Shown: one piece after another, positions 42,858 to 52,160 of the stretch
Numbering within the stretch: the stretch's first letter is position 1
Layout: every line of letters begins with the position of its first letter
Source of the DNA: Alphaproteobacteria bacterium
GTDB taxonomy: Bacteria; Pseudomonadota; Alphaproteobacteria; RF32; CAG-239
Direction of reading: 5' to 3'
DNA: 64,000 bases
NCBI GenBank assembly: GCA_045634545.1
Contig: JAZRAL010000025.1
Coordinates: 11,602 to 75,601 of the forward strand
Position numbers and translations under genes: made by a program
Notes under the pieces: model-generated
Seen by the model: the letters and a program-made list of their open reading frames with translations, nothing else
What the model was told of the DNA's origin: nothing
The model's database searches: none

Positions 42858-44096
42858 ATGCAAAGTGAAGATCAAAAAATTTTAGATACTCAATTGTTTG
42901 AGTGTATTGAAAAAGGGGATATTCCAAAGATTGATATGCTTTTGGTTTTGGGGGCAGATTTGAATGCTTTAGATAATCAAAAAAGAAAGCCACTTTATAA
43001 TGTTTGTGATGTAAAAACGTTAGAGTATTTATTGGGCAAAGGTGTTGATGTTAACTCTGTTATAGATGAAAATAATGGATTTAATTTGCTTTGTTCGTTA
43101 TGTAAGAGAAAAGCAGAAGATGATTTTGAAGGACGATATGATTTAATTAAATATTTAAGAGATAATGGTGGTAAAATTGAAACTAAAAAGGCTAAAGATA
43201 GAGGTTTTGATAATGCTTTGAGTATTGCTGTTTGTAATTTTGACTTAGAAGCTCTTAAAATTTTGCTAGAAAAATATGATATAAATACAAAATCTTCTCA
43301 TGATAGAAATTTGCTTATGGAAGTGCTTGAGTGCAGTTGTTTTTCATTTAAGACGATGAAAGAATATAAAGATGCAGTTGAGGTGGCAGAATATTTAATT
43401 GATGAAGGCATTGATATTAAAGCAGTTGATGAATATGGAATGAATGCAGTTTTTTTTGCAACTAAAGATGAAAATATTTTGCGTAAAGTTATTGATAAAG
43501 GTGGAGATGTTAATTGTATTTCAAAATATGGTGAAACACCTTTAAGTTTTCTAATAGATAGAGCTCCTTTTCATGAAAAAGGTGCCGTTAGAGTGTTACT
43601 TGAAAAAGGGGCAAATCCTAATTTGGGATTAATAAAAGGTGAGCCAATATTAACAACAGCTATTGAAAGAAATGTTGATGAGAATGATATTGTTATGATG
43701 ATAGAAAAGGGAGCTGATGTTAATAAAAAAAATAGTCGTGGGGATACTCCGTTGTTGTGTGCTGTTGGAGATGGCCCTATTCAAAAAAAGGTTGCAAAGA
43801 AATTAATTGAAAAAGATGCAGATGTTAATGTGATTAATAAAGGTGTTTTTAGTGATAACCAAAATGCTTTTAGCTGTGTATTATATAAAAAAGATGAAGA
43901 ACTTTGCTATATGCTTTTGGAAAGAGGGGCTGAGATATTACCAGAAGACTGGAGTAGGATTGATGAGTTTGAGCAAAGAAAAATTAGGAAAATGATTGAG
44001 CTGATTGCATATAAGAAAAAAGCAAAAGAAAAAGATGATGATTTTGTTAGTGAAAATAAAATTGCAAAGATATTTAAAGGGCGATTTAAGAGGTAG
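42858..44096 (+). CDS. ankyrin-repeat protein, second subfamily
   Basis: Starts MQSEDQKILDTQLFECIEKGDIPKIDMLLVLGADLN, paralogous to the preceding gene. ANK repeats present. C-terminus is ...FKGRFKR. Confidence 0.85.
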   Translation: MQSEDQKILDTQLFECIEKGDIPKIDMLLVLGADLNALDNQKRKPLYNVCDVKTLEYLLGKGVDVNSVIDENNGFNLLCSLCKRKAEDDFEGRYDLIKYLRDNGGKIETKKAKDRGFDNALSIAVCNFDLEALKILLEKYDINTKSSHDRNLLMEVLECSCFSFKTMKEYKDAVEVAEYLIDEGIDIKAVDEYGMNAVFFATKDENILRKVIDKGGDVNCISKYGETPLSFLIDRAPFHEKGAVRVLLEKGANPNLGLIKGEPILTTAIERNVDENDIVMMIEKGADVNKKNSRGDTPLLCAVGDGPIQKKVAKKLIEKDADVNVINKGVFSDNQNAFSCVLYKKDEELCYMLLERGAEILPEDWSRIDEFEQRKIRKMIELIAYKKKAKEKDDDFVSENKIAKIFKGRFKR

Positions 44097-44170
44097 TTTT
44101 TAGAGTTGACAAAGATGGCTTTTGTGATGTAATTTTTTCTTTTAAGTGAAATTAACTTTTTAAGGAAAAT

Positions 44171-44995
44171 ATGATGCAAAAAATTACGTTTCAAGGTGCA
44201 AAAGGGGCATATTCGCATATTGCTTGTATGGAATTGTTTAAAGATGCTTGCTATTTGGCTTCTGATAGTTTTGAACAAGCGATGGAGTTGGTTGAAAATG
44301 GTGAAGCAGATTTTGCTGTAATTCCTGTTGAAAATTCTAATGCAGGAAGAGTTAGTGACGTACATTTTTTGTTGCCTCAAACAAATTTGGTGATTGTTGG
44401 AGAATATTTTTTAAGAGTTGAGCATCAATTGTTGGCATTGCCTGAGGCTGAGCTTTCTGATATTGAAGCGGCGGCTTCACACCCTCAAGCTTTGGCTCAG
44501 TGTTCTGAATTTTTGAAAAAGCATTCAATTAAGGCACTATCTCGAATTGATACAGCTAAAAGTTGCGAGAGAATCGTTGAAATGCAAGATAAAACAAAAG
44601 CTGCGATTGCTTCTAAATTGGCGGCAGAGATTTATGGATTAAAGATACTTCAATCTAATATTGAAAATGATAATACAAATACTACTCGATTTTTAATTAT
44701 GAGTAAAGATAGGGCTATGCCTTATAATGATGGTGGGAAGTTTGTGACTTCTTTGATGTTTAAGGTTAAGCATATTCCTGCGGCGCTTTATAAAGCATTG
44801 GGCGGTTTTGCAACAAATGGATTAAACTTAAATAAAATTGAAAGCTATGTTGTGGGTGGAAACTTTGTATCAGCTCAGTTTTATATTGAAATTGAGGCTC
44901 ATCCTGAAACAGAAGCTTATAAAAATGCTATTGCAGAGCTTGAGTTTTATTCAGAAACAGTATTGTGGCTTGGAACATATAAAAGAAAATCTTAA
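44171..44995 (+). CDS. pheA: prephenate dehydratase
   Basis: ITFQGAKGAYSH, NTTRFLIMS (TRF motif) and a C-terminal ACT-like region. Length 274 aa. Confidence 0.9.
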   Translation: MMQKITFQGAKGAYSHIACMELFKDACYLASDSFEQAMELVENGEADFAVIPVENSNAGRVSDVHFLLPQTNLVIVGEYFLRVEHQLLALPEAELSDIEAAASHPQALAQCSEFLKKHSIKALSRIDTAKSCERIVEMQDKTKAAIASKLAAEIYGLKILQSNIENDNTNTTRFLIMSKDRAMPYNDGGKFVTSLMFKVKHIPAALYKALGGFATNGLNLNKIESYVVGGNFVSAQFYIEIEAHPETEAYKNAIAELEFYSETVLWLGTYKRKS

Positions 44996-45008
44996 TTGAT
45001 TTTAGATG

Positions 45009-45043
45009 AAAAAAAAGAGGCTTTAAGGAAAGCCTCTTTTTTT
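45009..45043. terminator. bidirectional terminator between pheA and dsbA-like gene
   Basis: A-run-AGAGGCTTT-aagg-AAAGCCTCT-T7. Confidence 0.8.
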
Positions 45044-45059
45044 GTTTTACTTAAAAGTA

Positions 45060-45809
45060 TTACTTTAAGTTATCGATTGCAGCTTGAATTGGACCTGCAT
45101 CAATTGTACGAAGTGGAGTACCGTTGATGATTAATGTTGGAACACCACGAACTTCTACTTTTCTAGATAATTGAGCAATGTCATCAAATCTTTCGGTAAT
45201 TTTGCTTTCTGCCATCAATTTCTTTGTAGCATCAAGGTCTAAACCTACTTTTTTGATTTGTTCATCAATAACTTCGTCTGTGATACGGCCGTTGAATGAT
45301 AACAAAGCTTCGTAAAGTTCAATGAACTTGCCTTGTTCATGAGCAGCTAACACAGCCTTAGCAGCTGTTTGAGATGTTGGGCCTAAGAAACCAACTGGTT
45401 TGAATACAAAGCGAACATCTGGATTGTCTTTAATTACTTTTATTAAAGCAGGAGCTAAACGTTTGCAGTAGCCACAGTTGAAATCAAAGAATTCAACGAT
45501 TGTAACTTTTGCATCTTTTGGACCAACATATGGTGAATTTTCGATATTGTGTAATTCATCAATGTTTTTCTTGTAGTTTTCTGCAATACGTTTTTCTGCT
45601 TCTTCTTGTTCTTTACGAGCAGCTAATTCCAATGTTTCACGAATGATACTTGGATTTGACTTTAAGTAAGACTCAATAGAAGAGCCTAAATCTGTTGCAG
45701 GAGCTACTTCTTTAGTTTTGCCACATGATGTAACAGCGGCAGAAATTCCAACACTCAAAATAACTGAGGCTAAAATAGTAATAATACTTTCTTTTTGCAT
45801 ATTTCCCAT
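45060..45809 (-). CDS. DsbA-family thiol:disulfide oxidoreductase (lipoprotein-type signal)
   Basis: Active site FFDFNCGYCKRL (CxxC). The N-terminus has AAVTSCGK. The start may be the second ATG at 45800. Confidence 0.85.
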   Translation of the reverse strand: MGNMQKESIITILASVILSVGISAAVTSCGKTKEVAPATDLGSSIESYLKSNPSIIRETLELAARKEQEEAEKRIAENYKKNIDELHNIENSPYVGPKDAKVTIVEFFDFNCGYCKRLAPALIKVIKDNPDVRFVFKPVGFLGPTSQTAAKAVLAAHEQGKFIELYEALLSFNGRITDEVIDEQIKKVGLDLDATKKLMAESKITERFDDIAQLSRKVEVRGVPTLIINGTPLRTIDAGPIQAAIDNLK

Positions 45810-45921
45810 CCTTAAGTTTAAGATTATGACTTGTAAAAAATTAGCTTAAGGTTGTTAAAATTTCAAGTACTCTAAAAAAGTAATTCACAATTTTATGGTA
45901 GAAAATTTTTAAGCTTTAGGT

Positions 45922-45950
45922 TTGACAATATTTTGCTTTTATTTTAAGAT
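45922..45950 (+). promoter_or_regulatory. promoter (TTGACA-N17-TAAGAT)
   Basis: TTGACAatattttgcttttatttTAAGAT, upstream of hemW. Confidence 0.45.
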
Positions 45951-45973
45951 TTGAGAAATTTATGAGGTTTATA

Positions 45974-47074
45974 ATGAAAAATCGAGAGCTTTCTATTTAT
46001 ATTCATTTTTTATTTTGCAAAAGTAGGTGCCCTTATTGTGATTTTTTTAAGGGAATTTTGCCTAAAAATTTTGATGAAGATGAATATGTGCAAAATATTA
46101 TTGAAAATTTAGATGATTTACAAAAATTAAGTGGCAAGAGGGATGTTAAGTCTATATTTTTTGGTGGAGGAACACCTTCTATTTTAAGCGACAAGGCTGT
46201 TGGTTTTATATTAGATGAGATTGCCAAAAGATATAATGTAAAAAATGGAGCAGAAATTTCTATTGAAGCAAATCCTAATACGTATGATAGAGAAAAGTTT
46301 GTTGGATTTAATAAGGTGGGAATTAATAGATTATCGCTTGGTGTGCAGTCTTTAAATAAAGATGATTTGAAGTTTTTAGGAAGAACTCATTTAAGGGAAG
46401 ATGCTCTAAAAGCAATTGAGACAGGAATTGATATTTTTGATAAATTTTCGATTGACCTTATTTATGGAAGATCTGATGAGCAAAGCTTGGATATATGGTT
46501 TAAGGAAATTGATGAGGCATTGGGTTTTGGTGTTAAGCATATTTCTCTTTATCAATTATCTATAGAAGAGGGGACTGTTTTTTATAAAAAGAATGTTAAA
46601 GCACAAAATGATGAGAAAAGTGCCTTTTTTTATGAAAAGACGGTAGAGTACTTAAGGCAAAATGGTTTTGAAAGATATGAAGTTTCTAATTTTGCAAAAG
46701 ATGAATATAATCAATCGGTTCATAACTTGGTTTATTGGCAAGGGGGAGATTATATAGGGCTTGGTAAGGGGGCGCATGGTAGGCTTAAAGTGGATGATAA
46801 AATATATGCGCTTGTTGATGGAAAAGTTGATTGCAATTTAAGTTCTTATGAAAGAGCAGAAGAGCTTGTTATTATGGGGCTTAGAATAAAAGATGGAATA
46901 AAGAAAAAAGACTTTTTTGAAGCTTGCGGGGTGGAGCTTTTTGAGGTTATCAATTATAATAAAATGATAGAATTAAAAAATATGGGATTAATGGAAATAG
47001 ATAATGATGGAATTTGGCTTACAGATGAAGGGATGCTATTAATGAATAAAATTATAGAAGAAATTTTGCTCTAA
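45974..47074 (+). CDS. hemW: radical SAM family heme chaperone HemW (HemN-like)
   Basis: YIHFLFCKSRCPYCDF (CxxxCxxC), GGGTPS and a HemN C-terminal-like region. ATG 45974 has RBS GAGG. The alternative start is 45962. Confidence 0.85.
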   Translation: MKNRELSIYIHFLFCKSRCPYCDFFKGILPKNFDEDEYVQNIIENLDDLQKLSGKRDVKSIFFGGGTPSILSDKAVGFILDEIAKRYNVKNGAEISIEANPNTYDREKFVGFNKVGINRLSLGVQSLNKDDLKFLGRTHLREDALKAIETGIDIFDKFSIDLIYGRSDEQSLDIWFKEIDEALGFGVKHISLYQLSIEEGTVFYKKNVKAQNDEKSAFFYEKTVEYLRQNGFERYEVSNFAKDEYNQSVHNLVYWQGGDYIGLGKGAHGRLKVDDKIYALVDGKVDCNLSSYERAEELVIMGLRIKDGIKKKDFFEACGVELFEVINYNKMIELKNMGLMEIDNDGIWLTDEGMLLMNKIIEEILL

Positions 47075-47140
47075 ATGTGGGGGGAAAGATAAAAAAAATC
47101 TTGTGAGTTTGTATGATGTAGGGTATCAGAATAGTATTCT

Positions 47141-48217
47141 ATGGAGAAAGATGTGTTGAAAAAAACGTTTTATATTATAGCATTGGTTGTTTTGTTTTTT
47201 GGGGCTTTGAGTGTTGGGTATTTTAAAGAAGATATTGGTAATCCTTATCAGCTTAATTATAATAAAATAGCCATTAATCTTCCTATTGCGTATACAAAAT
47301 TTTTAAGTGATAAGACATTTGCTTTGGGGGAAAAATATTTAGCAGATGATTTGAAGGTTGAGTTAGAAAAAAATGGATTTGAAGTAAGGTTATTTACATG
47401 GGAAGATAGTTATTCTAATCGAAATTTTAAACAAGGTTTTGAGCTTTATATGAGGAATTGGCCAGAGCTTAGTCTTCCATCATATCACGATTTTATTGAT
47501 AAAGATAGGATTTCGGTTTTGTTTGAAACTATTCCCTATAAATTAGATGAAGTAAAAAATGCAGATATTATTTTTACTGGTTCGTTAAAAAGAGATAAGA
47601 AGTATAAAAAAATGGGGCTTAATTCTTATTTTATGCCTCAATTTACAAGATTGGATAAATTTTATTATGCCCCAAAAGAAGAACTTAAGACAAAGTTGTT
47701 ATTTGTAGGAAATGATTGGTCTTCTGGTGTTATAAGAAAAACAGTTTTATATGCAATTAAAAATAAAATAAAAATTGACATTTATGGAAAAGGTTGGAGA
47801 AAAATTTTACAAGGAGAAGATTTAGAACTTGTAAAAGGAGAGCAAATTGTAAATGATAATTTAAAATATTATTATTCTTCTGCCGATATTGTATTAAATG
47901 ACACGAGAGAAGATATGATTGAGGCAGGATACATAAGTAATAGAATTTTTGATGCGACTGCTTGTGGGGCTTTTGTTATATCAGATTATATTAAAGAAAT
48001 AGAAGAAATTTATGGTGATGCAATTGTTATGTATAAGAATGAAGATGAGTTTGTTAAACTTATTGAATATTACTTAGAGCATCCTGAGGAAAGACTAGAA
48101 AAAGCTAAGAGAGCTCAAAAAATTACCATTGAAAGATTTGGTGCAGATAAAGCTGTTAGCCAGATGGCAAAAATTATGCGTGAATATGTAGAAAAAAATG
48201 GAGTTTATAATGAATAA
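47141..48217 (+). CDS. CgeB-like glycosyltransferase family protein (DUF3880 + Glyco_trans_1_2-like), N-terminal TM anchor
   Basis: The C-terminal ISNRIFDATACGAFVISDYIKEIEEIYGD...YKNEDEFVKLIEYYLEHPEERLEKAKRAQ resembles the CgeB/GT1-like family. Assignment by eye only. Confidence 0.6.
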   Translation: MEKDVLKKTFYIIALVVLFFGALSVGYFKEDIGNPYQLNYNKIAINLPIAYTKFLSDKTFALGEKYLADDLKVELEKNGFEVRLFTWEDSYSNRNFKQGFELYMRNWPELSLPSYHDFIDKDRISVLFETIPYKLDEVKNADIIFTGSLKRDKKYKKMGLNSYFMPQFTRLDKFYYAPKEELKTKLLFVGNDWSSGVIRKTVLYAIKNKIKIDIYGKGWRKILQGEDLELVKGEQIVNDNLKYYYSSADIVLNDTREDMIEAGYISNRIFDATACGAFVISDYIKEIEEIYGDAIVMYKNEDEFVKLIEYYLEHPEERLEKAKRAQKITIERFGADKAVSQMAKIMREYVEKNGVYNE

Positions 48218-49055
48218 TATTGCAAAAAAATACATATTTATGGTGATGTTTCTTTTGTTTGCTATAATTTTAGGATATATTAGTGGTGTGTGTCTTGCAA
48301 AGAAAACGGGACGTGCATTGGATGATAAGGTGGTTGCTTTTAGAGTTGGGGTTAGAAAGGATTATGTTGATTATGATTTACTTTCTATGCTTAATTATAT
48401 GAAGTGTAAATATGAAAAAGAAGGGTATGAAGTTAAAGAGTATGCATATGAGGGAGATTTGTATCCGAAGAGATTAGATAATGCTGGGATAAATTTGTTT
48501 ATTAGAGGAGATTTTGTATCTTATGATAAAAGGGTATATGAAAAAGCTCACAATATTTATTTTGTACAACGTTTTGCTGGCGGATACATTGAAGAATTTC
48601 GTAATTTTGATGAATATCTTTCTATTCAGAAAAATTTGATTAATGGTGCTAAACAAAAAGGAGTAAACGTTGGATATTTAGAAAGTGGCAGTTGTGAAAA
48701 AGAAAATTTAGATTTTACTGATGCAAAAAATATTATTTATATTTATGAGATAGAAAATAAGTATACAATTAGTCGAGTTAATGAGATAAAAAATGTAAAA
48801 GTATTTTCAACGATGGAATTTGCCAAACTTAGTGAAAATGAGCGTGAAAATGAGTTGAGGAAAGCAAAAGTTGTTGTGTTTGATAGGGATTTAATAAGAT
48901 TTACAGAAAAAGATTATGTGCCATATGCTGTGTATGACTTATTAAGTTATGGAAAAAAAATAATTACGAATGCTTATATTGAAACGAAGCTTCCAGAAGG
49001 TGTTATACGTTTTTCTGATGTGAATGAAATGATTTATTTTATGAAAAAATATTAA
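48210..49055 (+). CDS. hypothetical membrane-anchored protein
   Basis: The ATG overlaps the upstream stop (ATGA-type coupling) and has RBS GGAG. N-terminal TM is YIFMVMFLLFAIILGYISGVCL. There is weak resemblance to the N-domain of the preceding gene. Confidence 0.55.
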   Translation: MNNIAKKYIFMVMFLLFAIILGYISGVCLAKKTGRALDDKVVAFRVGVRKDYVDYDLLSMLNYMKCKYEKEGYEVKEYAYEGDLYPKRLDNAGINLFIRGDFVSYDKRVYEKAHNIYFVQRFAGGYIEEFRNFDEYLSIQKNLINGAKQKGVNVGYLESGSCEKENLDFTDAKNIIYIYEIENKYTISRVNEIKNVKVFSTMEFAKLSENERENELRKAKVVVFDRDLIRFTEKDYVPYAVYDLLSYGKKIITNAYIETKLPEGVIRFSDVNEMIYFMKKY

Positions 49056-49613
49056 TTATTTACAGGTTGTTTTATATCCTTTGTGAGTGAAGCAAGTTGT
49101 GGTAATTGAGATATCATTATCAAAAATTGTTTCTTTTTGTAGTTTGCCGTTTTCATAAAAAATATGTTGTCTTCCATTTTTTTTATTGTTTGAATATTCT
49201 GTTTCTTCTGAAAGTGTTCCTGTTTCAAAAAACTTACGATGGCTATCTTTTTTTATGCCATCTTCAAAATACATTTCTTCTTTTATTTTGCCATTATTGT
49301 AAAAGGAACGAGCATGTCCATTTATGGTGCCATTTACAAATAGTTCAAGTGAACTAATATTGCCATCTGGATAATAATATTTTTGAGCACCGTGTTTTTT
49401 GCCATTTTTGTATTCTGTTGAAGAGTATAGTTTACCGTTGTAGTCAAACTCTTTTAACTCTCCTGTAAATGGACTTTTTGTTTTTTTTAGATAACAGAGT
49501 TCTTTGGTGCAGGTTATTTCTTTTGGAACATAAAAATCACGTTTAGCATGTGATACATTAGTATTTGCAATTAATAGGCTTAAAGATAGTATTAGCTTTG
49601 TGATTAAAGGCAT
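49056..49613 (-). CDS. secreted MORN-variant repeat protein (YwqK-like)
   Basis: Signal peptide, then repeated Y.NGK..G....(F/Y)Y.NG....E units, e.g. YKNGKKHGAQKYYYPDGN, FYNNGKIKEE, FYENGKLQKE. Confidence 0.7.
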   Translation of the reverse strand: MPLITKLILSLSLLIANTNVSHAKRDFYVPKEITCTKELCYLKKTKSPFTGELKEFDYNGKLYSSTEYKNGKKHGAQKYYYPDGNISSLELFVNGTINGHARSFYNNGKIKEEMYFEDGIKKDSHRKFFETGTLSEETEYSNNKKNGRQHIFYENGKLQKETIFDNDISITTTCFTHKGYKTTCK

Positions 49614-49616
49614 TGT

Positions 49617-50324
49617 TTAATCCTCCTTTATTATTTTTTTTAGGGCAAAATGGGCAAGAGATGCACCCATTGCCATTGGAACAAGAGGTAGGGACCCTAG
49701 GATATTTTGGTTGTTTTCATCTTTTATTATATGAGATGGTTCTGTTGAAAAAACAACTGGTACTTTTTTTAAGGGGACATTTTTTTTACGAAGATTTTCT
49801 CTTAGTTTTTTTGCAAGATGACATGCAGATGTTTGGTCTAGAGTTGTTGTTTTTAATAGCTCGGGATTAAACTTTAGGGCAGCCCCCATGGCAGAAATAA
49901 ATGGGATTTCATTGTTTACTAGGTATTCGATTAGAGAGGTTTTGGCTGATATATCATCTATTGCATCTATTATAAAATCTGGTTTATAGTTTTTTATAAA
50001 ATCAAGATTTGATGGAGTTAATTTTATGTCTAAAGCTATAACATTACAATCTGGATTTATTTTTAGAACACGCTCTTTGGCTATGTCGCATTTTTTTTGA
50101 TTTATAGTATCTGTTAGGGCAAGGATTTGGCGATTTATATTTGATGTTTCAAAAGTGTCAAAATCCACTAAAATTAGATTTGAGATGCCAAGTCTTGCAA
50201 GCATTTCTAATGCATATCCGCCAACAGCTCCAAGACCTATTATCATGACAGTTGAAGAAAATAGGGTATTTGCTTTTTGTTTTCCAAGTAAGGCAATTGT
50301 TCTTGTTAGTCTTTCTTCTAGCAT
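49617..50324 (-). CDS. ThiF/HesA-family adenylyltransferase-like protein (TcdA-like tRNA t6A dehydratase)
   Basis: Rossmann motif IGLGAVGGYALEMLARLGISNLILVDFDTFETSNINRQ. Length about 235 aa. Confidence 0.75.
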   Translation of the reverse strand: MLEERLTRTIALLGKQKANTLFSSTVMIIGLGAVGGYALEMLARLGISNLILVDFDTFETSNINRQILALTDTINQKKCDIAKERVLKINPDCNVIALDIKLTPSNLDFIKNYKPDFIIDAIDDISAKTSLIEYLVNNEIPFISAMGAALKFNPELLKTTTLDQTSACHLAKKLRENLRKKNVPLKKVPVVFSTEPSHIIKDENNQNILGSLPLVPMAMGASLAHFALKKIIKED

Positions 50325-51040
50325 TTTATAAACTCCATGGTGTTTTTTAGAAGGATATCTTGTAGCTTTGATAATGGAATTGTAGAGATTTTGGATAATT
50401 TTTCAAGATTTTCTTTTGTAGTTTGGTTATATGTTTTTTCATCTAGTTGATATGGGGCATCTGTTTCAAATAATATTTTATTTATGGGCATTAGGCTAAA
50501 ATAGTTGCTAGCGTTTTTTTGTTTTAGAAACATAGGTCCTAAACCAAAGTAGCCATTGCATCTATTTATGAATTTTATGAGTTCAATGTTTTTGGTAAAG
50601 CCGTGATATACAAATTTTAGTTGTTTTAAGGTGTTCTCATAAGCCAAAAGCTCGGCAAATGCTTTTGCGCCATGAATGATGATTGGGCGATTATAGCGTT
50701 TTGCTAGGTCTAGTTGTTGATTAAATAGGTCATGTTGAAGGGGGGAGACTTTTTGTTTTAAGTTATCTAAGCCAATTTCGCCAACAAGAGCATGGGGATT
50801 ATTTGAAAGTTCTTTTTCTAATGCGTTAATTGAATTTTTTGTGTTATTATACCATGGATGAATACCATATGCGGGAATGATTTTATCTTTATATTTTGTG
50901 GCAAGTGAAGATATTTTTTGAAAATCTTCATTTTTTGCAGAGATTAATATCATTTTTTTTAAATTAAGGTTATTTATAACCTCTAGTGCAAAATCAGGAT
51001 TAAAGTCTTGCAAATGAATATGGGTATCGATAAAATGCAT
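50318..51040 (-). CDS. TatD-family metal-dependent hydrolase
   Basis: MHFIDTHIHL, GEIGLD, IIHG and ETDAPY motifs. Confidence 0.85.
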   Translation of the reverse strand: MHFIDTHIHLQDFNPDFALEVINNLNLKKMILISAKNEDFQKISSLATKYKDKIIPAYGIHPWYNNTKNSINALEKELSNNPHALVGEIGLDNLKQKVSPLQHDLFNQQLDLAKRYNRPIIIHGAKAFAELLAYENTLKQLKFVYHGFTKNIELIKFINRCNGYFGLGPMFLKQKNASNYFSLMPINKILFETDAPYQLDEKTYNQTTKENLEKLSKISTIPLSKLQDILLKNTMEFIKC

Positions 51041-51073
51041 AAAATGTTAAACCTTTTGTATTGGAATAAAGAT

Positions 51074-52159
51074 ATGTCATTATATACCACACCAGTTCTA
51101 AATATCAACCTAAAAAAAATTAAAGAAAATTATTTAATGTTGAAAGATATGGCTGGAAAATCAATTGCAAGCGCAGTTGTTAAAGATGATGCGTATGGAC
51201 TTGGTGGGGTTGAAGTTGCTAAGGAACTCTATAATGTTGGGTGTCGACATTTTTTTGTTGCACATGCACTTGAGGGAGAAAAAATTTTTGATTGTGTTAA
51301 AGATGTAATGATTTTTGTTTTGCAAGGTATTGGAGAAGATAGCCTTGATATTTTTAAAAAGTGCAAATTAATTCCTGTGATTTCATCTGCTGAAATGTTT
51401 TCGTTTTGGAAGAAAAATAGAATAGAAGGAGTTAAGCCTGTTATACAAGTTGAGACAGGACTTAATCGTTTAGGTTTTGGAGTAAAAGATTTAGAACGTT
51501 TGAGTGATGAAGAATTAAAAGAGTTTTCTTTTGTGATGTCGCATTTGTCTTCGGCTGATGAAAAAGAGCATTTTATGAATGCAAAACAGCTTGAGAATTT
51601 TAAGTATATTAAAGAGAGATTTTTTAAGAAAACAAAAGCAAGTTTATCTGCATCTGATGGAGTGTTTTTAGGGAAAGAATATCATTTTGATATGGTGCGT
51701 TTGGGTGCTGGAATGTATGGTATAAATACTGCTCCTTATAGAATAAGTGAAATGAAAAATGTGATTGAAGTAAAAGCGCCAATTTTACAGATAAAAACAA
51801 TTGATAAAGGTGAGTATGTTGGATATTCGGCAACATATAAAGCGCAATCTAAAATGAAAATAGCAACAGTTTCTATTGGGTATGGTGATGGAATATTTAG
51901 AACTCTTTCTAATAAGGGGAAAGTTTTATTTTATGAAAATAAAAAGCCTAAAGTTTGCCCAATTATTGGTAGAGTTTCAATGGATAACATTATTGTTGAT
52001 ATTAGTAATGTTAAAGAGATGAAAGTTGGCGATTTTGTGTATGTGATTAATGATGATTATACATTAGATGACATAGCAAGAGATGCAGGAACTATTGCCT
52101 ATGAAGTTGTATCTAGTATTGGTAAAGGTCAGCGTTTTATAAAGAGCTATAAAAGATAG
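51074..52159 (+). CDS. alr: alanine racemase
   Basis: PLP-lysine motif AVVKDDAYGLG. The start is uncertain, since the ORF is open from 51008. ATG 51074 places the Lys at about residue 38, as in characterised Alr, and avoids overlap with tatD. Confidence 0.8.
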   Translation: MSLYTTPVLNINLKKIKENYLMLKDMAGKSIASAVVKDDAYGLGGVEVAKELYNVGCRHFFVAHALEGEKIFDCVKDVMIFVLQGIGEDSLDIFKKCKLIPVISSAEMFSFWKKNRIEGVKPVIQVETGLNRLGFGVKDLERLSDEELKEFSFVMSHLSSADEKEHFMNAKQLENFKYIKERFFKKTKASLSASDGVFLGKEYHFDMVRLGAGMYGINTAPYRISEMKNVIEVKAPILQIKTIDKGEYVGYSATYKAQSKMKIATVSIGYGDGIFRTLSNKGKVLFYENKKPKVCPIIGRVSMDNIIVDISNVKEMKVGDFVYVINDDYTLDDIARDAGTIAYEVVSSIGKGQRFIKSYKR

Positions 52160-52160
52160 T

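Noticed and set aside
41365-44170. tRNA-Leu as the attachment site of an integrated island carrying the two ankyrin genes.
   Set aside because: I found no integrase or transposase, and no direct repeat of the tRNA 3' end (TCGAGTCCGACCACCCCTACCA) near 44.1 kb. The evidence is insufficient to call a mobile element.
43907-44380. 157-aa minus-strand ORF spanning the end of an ankyrin gene and the start of pheA.
   Set aside because: It overlaps two well-supported plus-strand genes and their intergenic promoter. No motifs and no RBS.
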